Below are positions 39,851 through 51,473 of a stretch of 64,000 nt of DNA, in pieces; the stretch's first letter is position 1, and each line of letters starts with the position of its first letter. The position numbers and the translations under genes were made by a program. The notes under the pieces were generated by a model. The model saw nothing but the letters and a program-made list of their open reading frames with translations, searched no databases and was not told where the DNA came from. Source of the DNA: Octopus vulgaris (lineage: Eukaryota); the NCBI GenBank assembly GCA_951406725.2, contig OX597816.1, positions 155,496,001-155,560,000 of the forward strand, read 5' to 3'.

Positions 39851-40042
39851 ATTCTCTGATGTATGTGCGCGCGCGTATGTGTGTGAAAAAGAGAGAGAAA
39901 GAGTAATGTACATACATACATACATACATAAACACACACTGATACATACATACGTACGTACGTACATACATACATACATACCTACATACATACATACATA
40001 CATACATACATACATACGGAGTGCAGAATTTGCCATTGTGTT

Positions 40043-40342
40043 CAGCCGTGCTTAAGAACAGGGTTCCGCGGATCACTAGCATAGCTAAGGGTGGGCGGTA
40101 GGGGCAGTCCGCCCCAGGCGGCACTTTTGGGTCTGCTGTAGGCAATGTGTTTTTTTCTTTTTTTGTGGGGTCCGGGTACGGCAACAAAAGGGCCTCCCCA
40201 GGCAGCACAAACGCTAGCTACGCTAGTACCGTGGACCAAGAGGACCCATCTTCCTGCTCGTCCCCCAATTTTAACTACTAAATTTCCTGAGCGGGTATGC
40301 CTGACTCTCCAAGTAGGGGTCCTTATAACTTAAACAGGGCCT
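40043..40342. mobile_element. Nested hAT-type MITEs
   Basis: Inner element 40074-40228 has TIRs CACTAGCATAGCTA / TAGCTACGCTAGTA and imperfect 8-bp TSD CCGCGGAT/CCGTGGAC; outer element has degenerate CAGCCGTGCTTAAG / CTTAAACAGGGCCT ends. Confidence 0.65.
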
Positions 40343-40619
40343 CATTTGTCCTATATCTGGCAGTGTACATACATACATGCATACATACAAATATACATAC
40401 ATAGACCCCCTTTCTCTCTCTATGTATGTATGTATGTATGTATGTATGTATGCATGCAGGCGCAGGTTTGGCTGTGTGGTGAGCAGTCTGCTTCCAGGTT
40501 CAGTTCCACTTTTTGGCACATTGGGCAAATGTTTTCTACTATAGCCTTGGACCGACTAAAGCCACGTGGGTGGGTTCGATCGAAGGTAACTGAAAGAAAT
40601 TCGTCATGTGTATACATAC

Positions 40620-40654
<35 letters not shown>

Positions 40655-41137
40655 TGTATGTATGTATGTATGTATGTATGTATGTATGTATGTATGTATT
40701 TATATATATATAAAATATAAATTAGAGATAAAACCACTATTATATATATTCTTTTATTCTTTTACTTGGATCAATCATTTGACTGCGGCCGTGCTGGAAC
40801 ACCGTTTTAACGAAGTCACGTCTTGTCCCTACCTTCGAAACGCTGAGTAGATAAAACAGGGGACAACTGATGAAGGGAATGTTCTTTATGTTGCCTGTTT
40901 CGTTTCTCTATTTGTTTCTTTCGATGTTCGAAAAAAAGTTCGTTTTCTATGTTTTTTTTATGTTCTCGTTTTTCATTTTGTTCACGTTTTTTGATGTCCT
41001 GTACCCATATATGCATGTATATATACATATATATATGTAGGTATGTACATATATGTATGTATATATGCATATACTTATACATTATTTATGTTATTATATG
41101 ATCGAATGCCACGCATCCATTTCCAAGTAAGTTTTAC

Positions 41138-41227
<90 letters not shown>

Positions 41228-41493
41228 CTCTATATATATATATATACGTAGAGTAGATGAAACCATAGCGACTGAAGAAGGGGTTTTTTCTTTGTGTTAA
41301 TTGTCCTGTACTCCATTTTTTTGTTGTTTTTTAAAAAAATGTCCAGTTCCTTTGGTTTGTGTCTGTTTTCGTTTCTCTTTGTGTTCGACGTCCCTTTGGT
41401 GTCCTGTACTCATATATGCGTGTATATGTACATGTAGAGGTAGGTACGTACATATATGTTTATATACATGCATATGTTTTATTTCATTTATTA

Positions 41494-41571
<78 letters not shown>

Positions 41572-41962
41572 ATAAGGATGAAAAGGAACACACGAGTTGA
41601 TATATATGAAAAAAAAAGTTTTTTTAAAAGAATATTTGTATAGTGTTCAAATATAAGTGACATTTTCCTTGTTTCTGCCGTCTCTTTCTCTCTTGTTTAC
41701 TCTTGTGGGTTCGAGGTCGTTGTGAATTCTTGGTAGGGAAGAAGAAGGAGGAGGAGGAGAAAAAGGGGAGGAAGAAGACGAAGACTTTGGGAGTGCCTTG
41801 ATTGTAGTATTTTGAATGGTCAGTGGAGCAGTTGCTGTTCAATTCATGAAAATATTTCTATTGAAAGTTTTGTTTATATAATTTATTTGCGTAGGTGTTA
41901 TACTAAAAAGCATTAGTGATAAAGTTAGGAAGGAGGAGGGGGAGAAGAAGAAGAAGAAGAAG

Positions 41963-42225
41963 AAGTGACGGGGACGTAAACATACCAGCATCGGTTGTAA
42001 AACAATGCTAGGGGGACAAACACAGACACACAAACACACACACACATATATATACATATATACGACAGGCTTCTTTCAGTTTCCGTCTACCAAATCCACT
42101 CACAAGGCATTGGTCGGCCCGGGGCTATAGCAGAAGGCACTTGCCCAAGATGCCACGCAGTGGGACTGAACCCAGAACCATGTGGTTGGTTAGCAAGCTA
42201 CTTACCACACAGCCACTCCTGCGCC
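41963..42225 (-). mobile_element. tRNA-derived SINE, family B (3' part missing)
   Basis: Closely similar to 22550-22840. Confidence 0.9.
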
Positions 42226-42720
42226 TATATGTGGAATATTTTCCACATGGTGCAAATAATATATCGCTCACGGCAGCGTTGCAGAGAATAGAGCTTCAGC
42301 TGTTTGAGTCGAGCCCAATAATCAAGTCCCATCATGCCATTTATCTTTTTTGTGATTGATATTTGTGGGGCTTCGATCCTCATTATGTCTTGTTTTCTTT
42401 TTGTTTTGTTTTTTGTTTTTTTGTAGGGGGACCACAATGGGCAGCAATATTCGAGGTAGTGCCTTGCGAATGTAGAGAAGAGAAAGATGATGGTTTCATG
42501 ATCCCTAGACTGGAAAGTTCTGAGGATCCATGAACACATTCTGCGGGCAACATCGACTTTTTTGTTGATGTGCACACTCCAACTAAGGTTGCTGTCGACA
42601 GTTACACCTAAGTCTCTGATATTATCCGACGGTTCAAGTAGGTCTCCCGACAGTAGTGTATATGGTTGTTTGAGTGTGCCCTCTCTTCCAAAGTAGATGA
42701 GCTCAAATTTTTCTTAGGTT
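42226..42720 (-). mobile_element. CR1-type LINE ORF2 C-terminal fragment
   Basis: WILRTFQSRD, LEYCCPLWSPY, LDYWARLKQLKLYSLQRCRER. Confidence 0.85.
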
Positions 42721-42876
42721 TCAATGAAAAAGCATCTTTCGAGATAATGACAATCAAAACACATTATTTCCCTCAATGTTTTCCGAAAGCATAACCCCTC
42801 ACACGAAATATATAATATAATATATGATGTATAATATATATAGAAACTAAAAATTTATATTAAATAAATAAATATA

Positions 42877-43780
42877 CTAGCAGTATCGCCCGGCGTTGCT
42901 CGGGTTTGTAAAGGAAATAACTATATAAGCATTTTTAGTGAGTTATAGCAAAAAATGCATTAAAAATGGAATAAAAAATGATGGTAATTTTTTTTTAAAA
43001 TCGTTGACTCATCGTAGACATTTTTAGAGAGTTATTTCCCTTATATAATGGCGAAAAATGCATTAAAATGGAATAAAAAATTATGGTAATTTTTTTTTTT
43101 AATCGTACACTCATCGTAGACGTGCGCTAATACCCAGAAGGGCTCGATATGAATCACGACTATAAGATACCCGGTTTTGGTTACACTGCACCGCAAAATG
43201 TGGGAGTAGTTAGGAATCTAAATCGTAGGAGACAGACACACAACCTTACTTTTATATATAAAGATTTGTGCAACAACTAAAACATTCGGTTGTGCAAATT
43301 GTTTGCACAGGAAACCTGCCCTGTGTGGCGGTAATTGCCGTTTTTGTGGATCTGTTTCAGCTTTTTTAGCGATTTCTGTTTTGGCGACTTCAAGCCATGA
43401 AGTCGTTGTTCTAAAAGAACGCTGGTCTCCTTGACAACGCATTACGACGTTGATTTCCTTACACTCCCTTCCTCACAGCTTCACGAGGGAGGGAAGAAGG
43501 GGGAGAAGCAACACAGGTGCAGATGTGACCATGGACGCCAACTTCGCCGCCATCGACACACGAAAAAATATGCATTAAAATGGAATAAAAAATTATGTTA
43601 AATTATTTTTAAAATCGTAGACTCATCGTAGACGCGCGCTAATACCCAGACGGGCTCGATATGAATCACGACTATAAGATACCCGAATTTGGTTAAACTG
43701 CACCGCAAAATGTGGGAGTAGTTAGGAATCTAAATCGAAGGGGACAGACACTCACACAACTACAGTTTTATATATATAGA
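42877..43780 (-). mobile_element. Non-autonomous Helitron, composite with two 5' ends
   Basis: Minus strand reads A|TC-TATATA ... hairpin CCCGAGCAACGCCGGG (42889-42904) ... CTAG|T; a second TC start lies at 43264; ~200-bp segments 43055-43264 and 43565-43780 are direct repeats. Confidence 0.88.
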
Positions 43781-43899
43781 TATAAAATACAAAATATCCA
43801 TTCGTATGAGATCGTTCGAATCCGTTCTAAATCATAGAAAAAGTCGGATATCAAATGTACACAGTAAATACATTGCAAAATCATAAATATTCTTTTCGA

Positions 43900-44059
43900 T
43901 TAGATCGACACCAGTACACAACTGGTGCTTAATTTATCGACCCCGAAAGGATGAAAGGCAAAGTCGACCTCGGCGGATTTTAAACTCAGAGCATAAAGAC
44001 GACAAAATACTGCTAAGTATTTCGTTCGACATGCTAACGTTTCCACTAGCTCGCCGCCT
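43900..44059 (-). mobile_element. SINE family A
   Basis: Reverse complement of the family A head and body. Confidence 0.85.
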
Positions 44060-44358
44060 TTTCATATGACATGTTACTTCTCCCATTTTGTTTAAAATTT
44101 CGTTTTGTAATATTTACTTTGATTTTATGATAGACAGCTATCACGCAGAAAAGCTAGCTTCCAGATCCTGTCTTCTGTTTTCTGATTGAGTAAAAAAGAT
44201 CAAACTTTGAAACGCTGTAACATTTTTCTAAAAAAATTCTGAAATTAATGAATCATAAAATAATATTCAGCGTGAAAAAGTACATCAATATAACACAAAA
44301 TTTGAAAATTTTCACTTCATTTTAACACTTCAAAATCTGTGATAGTAACAGAAAAGAT

Positions 44359-44413
<55 letters not shown>

Positions 44414-44696
44414 GCTCTGAATATGTATATCGCTGACTATGTTTCTACAGTGAGAAATTTTCTCTTATGACAAACTACAATAAATGGTTTTCTTGTGAGT
44501 TCGAATATGCCGCAACCATATTTGAACAGGTAACAAGTTTGTATTTCTTATTTTTATATATAGTTCAATAAATGCGTGTATGTATGTGCTGAGTATTTCC
44601 ATTGCATGTTTTGAATGAATTTGACCAAAGGGTGAGTGTGCTTTCTCTGGGGTTCTGTGTGTGTGTGTGTATGTGTGCATGCGTGTGGTCAGTTAC

Positions 44697-44848
44697 TTAT
44701 TTCTTTACTGCCCACAAGGAGCTACACGCAGAGGGGACAAACAAGGACAGTCAAACGGATTAAGTCAATTATATCGACCCCAGTGCGTAAGTGGTACTTA
44801 TTTAATCGACCCCGAAAGGATGAAAGGAAAAGTCGACCTCGGCGGAAT
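44697..44848 (-). mobile_element. SINE family A body whose head is replaced by a minisatellite
   Basis: ATCGACCCCGAAAGGATGAAAGGAAAAGTCGACCTCGGCGGAAT runs directly into the tandem array. Confidence 0.85.
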
Positions 44849-45037
44849 AGTCGACCTCGACGGAATAAGTCGACCTCGACGGAATAAGTCGACCTCGACG
44901 GAATAAGTCGACCTCGACGGAATAAGTCGACCTCGACGGAATAAGTCGACCTCGACGGAATAAGTCGACCTCGACGGAATAAGTCGACCTCGACGGAATA
45001 AGTCGACCTCGACGGAATAAGTCGACCTCGGCGGAAT
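44830..45037. repeat. 19-bp minisatellite, 11 units of AAGTCGACCTCG(A/G)CGGAAT
   Basis: Counted directly: units 1 and 11 have GGCGG, units 2-10 have GACGG, and unit 2 lacks one A. Confidence 0.95.
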
Positions 45038-45379
45038 AGCCCTGCGTGTGGACAGTTACTGTGCTATTTTCTAGATGAAATATATCCTCAGTCATTGGTT
45101 TATTTCAGTAATTTTGTTGTCTTGGGAGAGTCATTACGCCAACAATGATAACACACGCACAGGTTGAATTCCATTTCTTATTTCAATGTTTCTCTTTGTG
45201 TATTTGTGTGTGTGAAAGAGTGAGAGAGGTGGGCTTCTGCTGAACGTTTTGAATTTACTTGGAAAAGTAAATAAGGGTGCGTTTCTAATGAATGCTATTT
45301 TTTCCTTTTCATTTTGGGTGAGCTATTTTCGTGACAAATGTGTTTTTCTATTTGGACAGAGAGCTGTATTTGTGTGTGT

Positions 45380-45442
<63 letters not shown>

Positions 45443-45810
45443 TGCGTAGTTGTTTATATTTGATCATGAGTTATGTCATACAGGATGTAAAACTCGTATT
45501 TCTGTCTATGATGTTTCATGTAACCGCAATTAGTCACCAGGGTGGCGCACTATCGCTATGATTTTGATATTACATTATCATTGAAAATAGCTGACAGGCT
45601 TGGAGGATTCTTAATTTACATAATTAAAAAGGTTTCATAAAGGTAACATGGTCATTAACTAGCATAAGACACACATCATTTGTGGGTTATTGCATGCTGG
45701 GAAAGGAACTGAACCCCTCACATTAATGTACCGAGGGCAATTTTTCCTACGTTTGTGCTAACTGATTGTGATATTTTGATTTAGTTTCATTGTTTTATCA
45801 TTAGTGATAA

Positions 45811-46008
45811 GGCGCAGAGCTGGCAGAATCGTTAGCACACCGGGCAAAATGCTTTGCGGAATTTCGTCCGACTTAACGTTCTGAGATCGACTTTGCTATT
45901 TAGCCTTTCGAGGTCGTTAAAATAAGTACCAATTGAACGCTGGTTTCGATGTAATCGATTTATCCCTCTTCCCCGAAATAGTTGGCCCTGTGCCAAAATT
46001 TGAAACCA
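45811..46008 (+). mobile_element. SINE family A
   Basis: GGCGCAGAGCTGGCAGAATCGTTAGCAC head and family body. Confidence 0.8.
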
Positions 46009-46097
46009 ATATTTTATAATTATTGCGTCCGACACTCGGCCTCCCATCTATACAACGGTTGCATTCGACGCAGGACAATTGTTAGATACATCTAAAG

Positions 46098-46228
46098 CAG
46101 TGGTTCCCAGCCTGGGGTCCGCAAAGGTATTACTAAATTCAAAATTTCACATATGTATACATAAGAATAAGCATATTAAAAGGGACCTGTGGGAAAACTC
46201 ATTTAAAGAAGAGGGTTGGGAACCACTG
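46098..46228. mobile_element. hAT Charlie-like MITE
   Basis: TIRs CAGTGGTTCCCAGCCT / GGGTTGGGAACCACTG; imperfect TSD ATCTAAAG/ATCTAACA. Confidence 0.8.
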
Positions 46229-46234
46229 ATCTAA

Positions 46235-46566
46235 CAGGTAAAGATCTCCTTCGGTCATGAATGACCATGAGATTGCAGCTAGAAAGTTCCCCTCCGTGGC
46301 ACAAGTCCGGGCGACGTTGTTTATGGAAGACCAGCCATCACCCTTGGAAACCAGCTCCCCTCTCCATGCCACTGATGTTATCCAAGGAAAAGGGAAAAGT
46401 CGATACAGCTTGGTACCAATGACGTCGCAACTCATTTCTACAGCTGAGTGAACTGGCACAACGTGAAAAATATAATAATATGTTCAAGAACACAACACAT
46501 AACCCGGTCGGGAATCGAACCCACGACCTCGTGATTGTGAACCTGACACGCTAGCCACTGAGCCAT
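46235..46566 (-). mobile_element. tRNA-derived SINE, family C
   Basis: Minus strand TGGCTCAGTGG (A box) and GGTTCGATTCCC (B box) followed by ~250 bp of body; a degenerate relative lies at ~14280-14550. Confidence 0.75.
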
Positions 46567-46603
46567 ATCTCGTCTAATACGCCAGCAAGTACGGTACTTC
46601 GTT

Positions 46604-46823
46604 GGCAGAATCGTTAGCACGCCGGGCGAAATGCGTAGCCGTATTTCGTCTGTCGTTACGTTGTGAGTTCAAATTCCGCCGAGGTGGACTTTGCCTTTCA
46701 TCCTTTCGGGGTCGATAAATTAAGTACCAGTTACGCACTGGGGTCGATGTAATCGACTTAATACCTATGTCTGTCCTTGTTTGTCCCCTCTATGTTTAGC
46801 CCCTTGTGGGTAATAAAGAAATA
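46604..46823 (+). mobile_element. Young SINE family A copy with 11-bp TSD
   Basis: GGTACTTCGTT at 46593-46603 and 46824-46834. Confidence 0.92.
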
Positions 46824-48286
46824 GGTACTTCGTTTCACATTGCCACAGTCAACTAAGCTGTAATCAGAATCAGCCGGGTGCTGGCACAGTTCTCTCTTCC
46901 TTCAGCTGTTACCTCTAGGAGACACCACTATTGAAAAAATAAGGACCGAGAAGCTGACGACTACATTGGATTTTAAACAATAAGTGGAAGCGTGGTATAT
47001 GTTACAAGCCAGACTTGCTCAAGCGCACTGGCTGTACTGTATTCTTTCCTTAGTTTTGATATAAGAATATAAATCATGTATATATTCTGCTGAACTGGTG
47101 ACATTTGCAATACTAATATTACTCGAAAATTTTAAGTTGCTTTCAGTTAAAGCAACAATAAATATCGAGTGGTTCTTGAATAATTAAATAACTTTTCCAT
47201 TTTAAGTATAGAAATTATAGATGTTTTAGATAATTTGTAATTCTCTATATTCAATAAATTGCACTCTATTTACGTCTCCAGAGCAAATAAATGGTTAAAA
47301 ATTCATAAAGTGATGATAGATAAAACTTAAGCAATGAAAGAGAGAGAGAGAGGGGGGGCGGTTCTTTAGCTTTCATCTACCGCAGGTTTGTTATCCAAAG
47401 CGATAACAAAACAAAATTTACAAGCTAAAAACTAGTAAAAATATATATACTTGTATCGCTTCCGGTTTCACCTGAACTGGCGATGTGAATGAATCGAGAG
47501 GATTGTGTGATGAATGAGGAAAGGTTTTTAAGTAACTGTAGCTTAAATCCAACTAAAATGACATTGTGTAATAACACATTTGAATTTAAATTGCTGTAGT
47601 GAAGAATATTTTAAATGAAAATGCTTGGAAGTGATTCAAAAGAAAGTCTAGCTCTTACAACCCGTGACCCGTTGGGTCACCAATGGTTCAAAGTACCCGA
47701 AAAAATCTGGTAACTTGAGTTATTCTGTTTGCATTCACATTTCAATGGTACCTTATTTTCAAAGCATTTTCCCCATTATATACCGGTTTGACTACTTATA
47801 AAAATACCCAAATATAAAAAACGCCTATCTCGGTAACCCGTGGTCCAATTTACGCGAAACTTGTTTTATTCCGTTTGTATTCACCTTTCAACAGCACTTT
47901 ACTATCAAAGTATTTCCCCCATTATGCGCAGGTTTAGCTATTTATAAAGGTATAAAAAGAAAAATCACGTATCTCGGGAACCATTGGTCCGATTTACGCG
48001 AAGACTTTTCTTTTCACAATATTATTCACAAGTATTTTTTTACACAGAAAATATCAAGCCATTTTGCGCTATTACTTGTCCAATCACTCCATTTCAAAAT
48101 TCTTTTTCTCTGTATCTCTACGGATGTTTGACTATTTGTTCTGAAAGATTTTTCTGCTTAAAAGTTGCAAAGTTAATGAAAAACTGGTTTACAAAAATTT
48201 GAAAGAAATTATTCCTATTTGTTTTAATTTTCCTTTTCCCTTTCATTTTCTGTCGTCGGAATTAATATTTTGTCATATTTAGGCTG

Positions 48287-50260
48287 TTACAATTTGTTCA
48301 AAAGAATGTTTTTGATGACAATATTCTTAGTTGACTGGGTACTCTTCAGAACATTGACATATTCCTTTCGTTCTCCGCGACTAAAGACCACATACAGTTG
48401 ACCGTGTTGGAATACAGGTCGTTCCAGATAAACCAAGACGTTTTCCATAGTTTGTCCTTTTGCTTTATGAATAGTCATAGTGAAGCACAAGTGAACAGGG
48501 AATTGGCTTCGCTGCAAAGGGATATCCTCACCTTCGGATAGATTAATTGTTATTCTCGGTATCATAATGATCTCATTTCTGAAAACGACAGTGTTGATTC
48601 TCGCTACTGTGAGATTGTCGTACAGTTCTTCCACGATCGTGCGCGTTCCATTACAAAGCCTTGGAGGATAATTCTCATTAGAATTATCGGCGATCCTTTT
48701 TTCAATTCCAGGTTATGTGGTGGCAGTTTTAATAGTTCAACTGAATCAAGGAATTCAGTAGGAAAATGAGTGACATTGGCACCATTACTCACAGAATTAT
48801 AGTATCGGTACTCTTTTATGGTTCTAGAGAAGCGTCTGATACAGGTGGAATTGATGCTTCTCATTATTTCATTGAGAGGTACTAAGATGCAATTTTTCAA
48901 AAACACTTCAGCTGCATTGTTGAATGAGGAGTAGATGAAGTCAATGCATTCTTCCATAGTTGTTGCTTGGAGAACCATTTCTTTTGGCAAAATAATTACC
49001 TTATTTTCAGTTTTTTTTTATCTTATCTTCTCTACTATCCAAAAGGAACTGTGAATAGTCTCCTGTTCCCTCACTCAATCGCATGTTTGTGTTCAACAGG
49101 AAATTTTTGAAGCTTTTCCACAAGTAGGATTTTGAAATGTGTGCGTGTTCTACGTCTGCATAATTTCCCCTTTTCACCACCGGAAGACGCTGACGGAAAT
49201 CGCCACTGCAAATTGTCAAAATTCCACCGAGTGCCTCATTGCTGTCGCATATGTCACGCAGAGGGAGGTCAATAGCTTCGAAGCTTTCCCTCTGAATCAT
49301 AGGACACTCGACTCAAACAAACAGCCTTGTATGCTGGAAGAGGTTTGCCGTCTTTGAGTTTTTATCAATGCTGCACAGATCATTTTCTTTCACTACTATC
49401 AGTATTTTGGACCTAGAATGCGCCGTTCTTCCAGCAGGCATTAGTAATGCGGCAATGCGAGATGACGCCACAGCAATAGACACGTTACCGTTTCTCTTGA
49501 CTTTTGAAAGGATGAAGTTAATCAGGAATGTCTTTCCTGTTCCACCTGGAGCATTAATGAAAATCAATGCAGATGTGTTCCTCTCAAAACTGTTGGAAAC
49601 TAAGTCATGAACATGTTTTTGCTCACTATTCAATAGAGGATCTCTCTCTTGTACAAACCGTCACTGCTCTTTTCAGCTGTATTGCAATTCATGCAATAAC
49701 TTCGATTTGCCAGTACCCTGATTAGCGACAATGTTATTTGGCGTTGGCAAGTTAAAGTCACTAAGACTTTCGCCCAGGTGAAGTTTGTCTTCAAAATACA
49801 GAAAACATTGATCATAATGTCTCTCGCTAAACAAAAGATAAGAGTTTCTGGTTGCCCTTTTTCTATTTGAAAGTAATTCTCAGACAGCGAATTCTTAGAT
49901 TGAGCCCAGAAAGCAATGGAATTATTAATTTTCGTGTTTGGGAGGAGCGTAATGAATAGATCTCTTGTGGCTTTGGGAAGCCGTGTTCGCTCAGCATCTT
50001 CCTGTCTGCTGGTAATGATCATCCGATTGAAGCAAACCTTTCTCTCTGCAGACGTCTTTGAATAATGGCAGGAGTTCTGCATCACACATTAACAAAGAGT
50101 TAAAAGAGGCTGGTCTTTTGACATGATGCAGAAGGAATCTTAAATAATACAGGTCACCACTTCGTGTATACTTGTCCCAAAACGCTCGCCTCAAAAATCC
50201 GTGGATACTGCTCAACTGTTTTCCCCACCTTCCTCCTTTCCCATCTCTTATTACTTCAAG
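48287..50260 (-). pseudogene. Helitron RepHel remnant (Rep-helicase linker and Pif1-family helicase)
   Basis: YYLRFLLHHVK..CREKGLL, NSEQK, INAPGGTGKTF (Walker A), GRTAHS, GDFRQRLPVV, LNTNMR, LPPHNLELKKGSPIILMR, QFPVHLCFTMTIHKAKGQT, VFQHGQLYV; frameshifted. Confidence 0.93.
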
Positions 50261-50269
50261 CGTAAAACG

Positions 50270-50501
50270 TTTAGCCCCAGGAGATCGACGTCTCCAGTGG
50301 CCTTAGACACAATTTCAGTGCCCTTGTGTTATTTGCAAAGGGAGGTCATCCTCCCTCGAAAACCTAAGTGATACATACGGACTATAGTTTCGTATGTATC
50401 ACTTAGGTTTTCGAGGGAGGATGACCTCCCTTTGCAAATAACACAAGGGCACTGAAATTGTGTCTAAGGCCAGCTGGAGACGTCGATCTCCTGGGGCTAA
50501 A
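50270..50501. repeat. Near-perfect spacerless 232-bp palindrome
   Basis: TTTAGCCCCAGGAGATCG...ATACATACG g ACTATAGT tt CGTATGTAT...CGATCTCCTGGGGCTAAA; one indel in the arms and a small central lesion. Confidence 0.95.
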
Positions 50502-51370
50502 AGCGTCAGTAACACCTTACCCCCAGTGGCTAGCCACATTCAGATGGCTAGTACACTTTACGTTAAATATAAATATTTACTGTACAAACAACTCGCATTT
50601 TTAAAATCATATTCACTTAAAAATACTTTTTAATAATTAAAATATTGTCTGTTTAAAGAAAGCTGAAATATAAAAATACTCACTGTACAAAACAATTTGT
50701 AATTTTTAAGTCATTTTCATTTTAAAATATTTTTTAAATGTGCAAAAAAAAAATCGTGTTAATGATATTCACCTTAAAATAATTTTTTAAAAAATTTATA
50801 TAAAAATATTTTTTTAATATGCCAAAACAAATTTTTGTAATGGTATTCACTTGAAAATGATTTTTTAAAAAATTAAAATATTGTCTGTTTAAGGAAAGCT
50901 AAAGTATAAATACTTACTGTAGAAACAAATTTATTTTTGAAATCACTTTCTCTTTTTAATATTTCTAAATGATAAAAATATTGTGTTTAACAAAGGCGAA
51001 AATAGAAACATTTACTGTAAAAACAACTCGTACTTTTTCGTTGGCAAGTTAGAATCACTTGGTTGTTAAGTTTGTCTTCAAAATACAGAAGACATTGATC
51101 ATAATGTCTCTAATCGAAAAGTTGGAGTATCTTCCCTTTCAGAGTTATTTTCGGAGTATTTCTCCATTATGCACCATTTTGAGTATTTATGAATATCCCC
51201 CCAAACCCCTCATATCTCAGGAACCCGTTGTCCGATTTACGCGAAACCTGTTTTATTCCGTTTGTATTCACATTTCAGGGGTTCCTTAATGCATAGTATT
51301 TTGCCATTATGCGCCAGTTTGGCTGTATTAAATTACAGACAAGCAAGCAAGCAATCAGAGAGTTTTAGTG

Positions 51371-51473
<103 letters not shown>

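Noticed and set aside
40840-40880. GAAA...CTGATGA possible permuted hammerhead
   Set aside because: Stems I-III cannot be paired convincingly; part of a dispersed repeat with a related copy at ~41250
39845-41643. Many MYVC/YLSI/HTHT ORFs here and at 57800-58870 and 62150-62800
   Set aside because: Translations of microsatellites
44830-45037. CRISPR-like regular repeat
   Set aside because: Units are contiguous with no spacers and derive from the adjacent SINE; eukaryotic context and no cas genes
46490-46566. tRNA-like sequence on the minus strand
   Set aside because: It has A and B boxes but runs into a SINE body with no convincing acceptor stem; it is a SINE head
48287-49633. Host PIF1 helicase gene
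   Set aside because: Intronless and frameshifted, preceded by Helitron linker motifs and bounded by hairpin-CTAG, so it is a Helitron remnant
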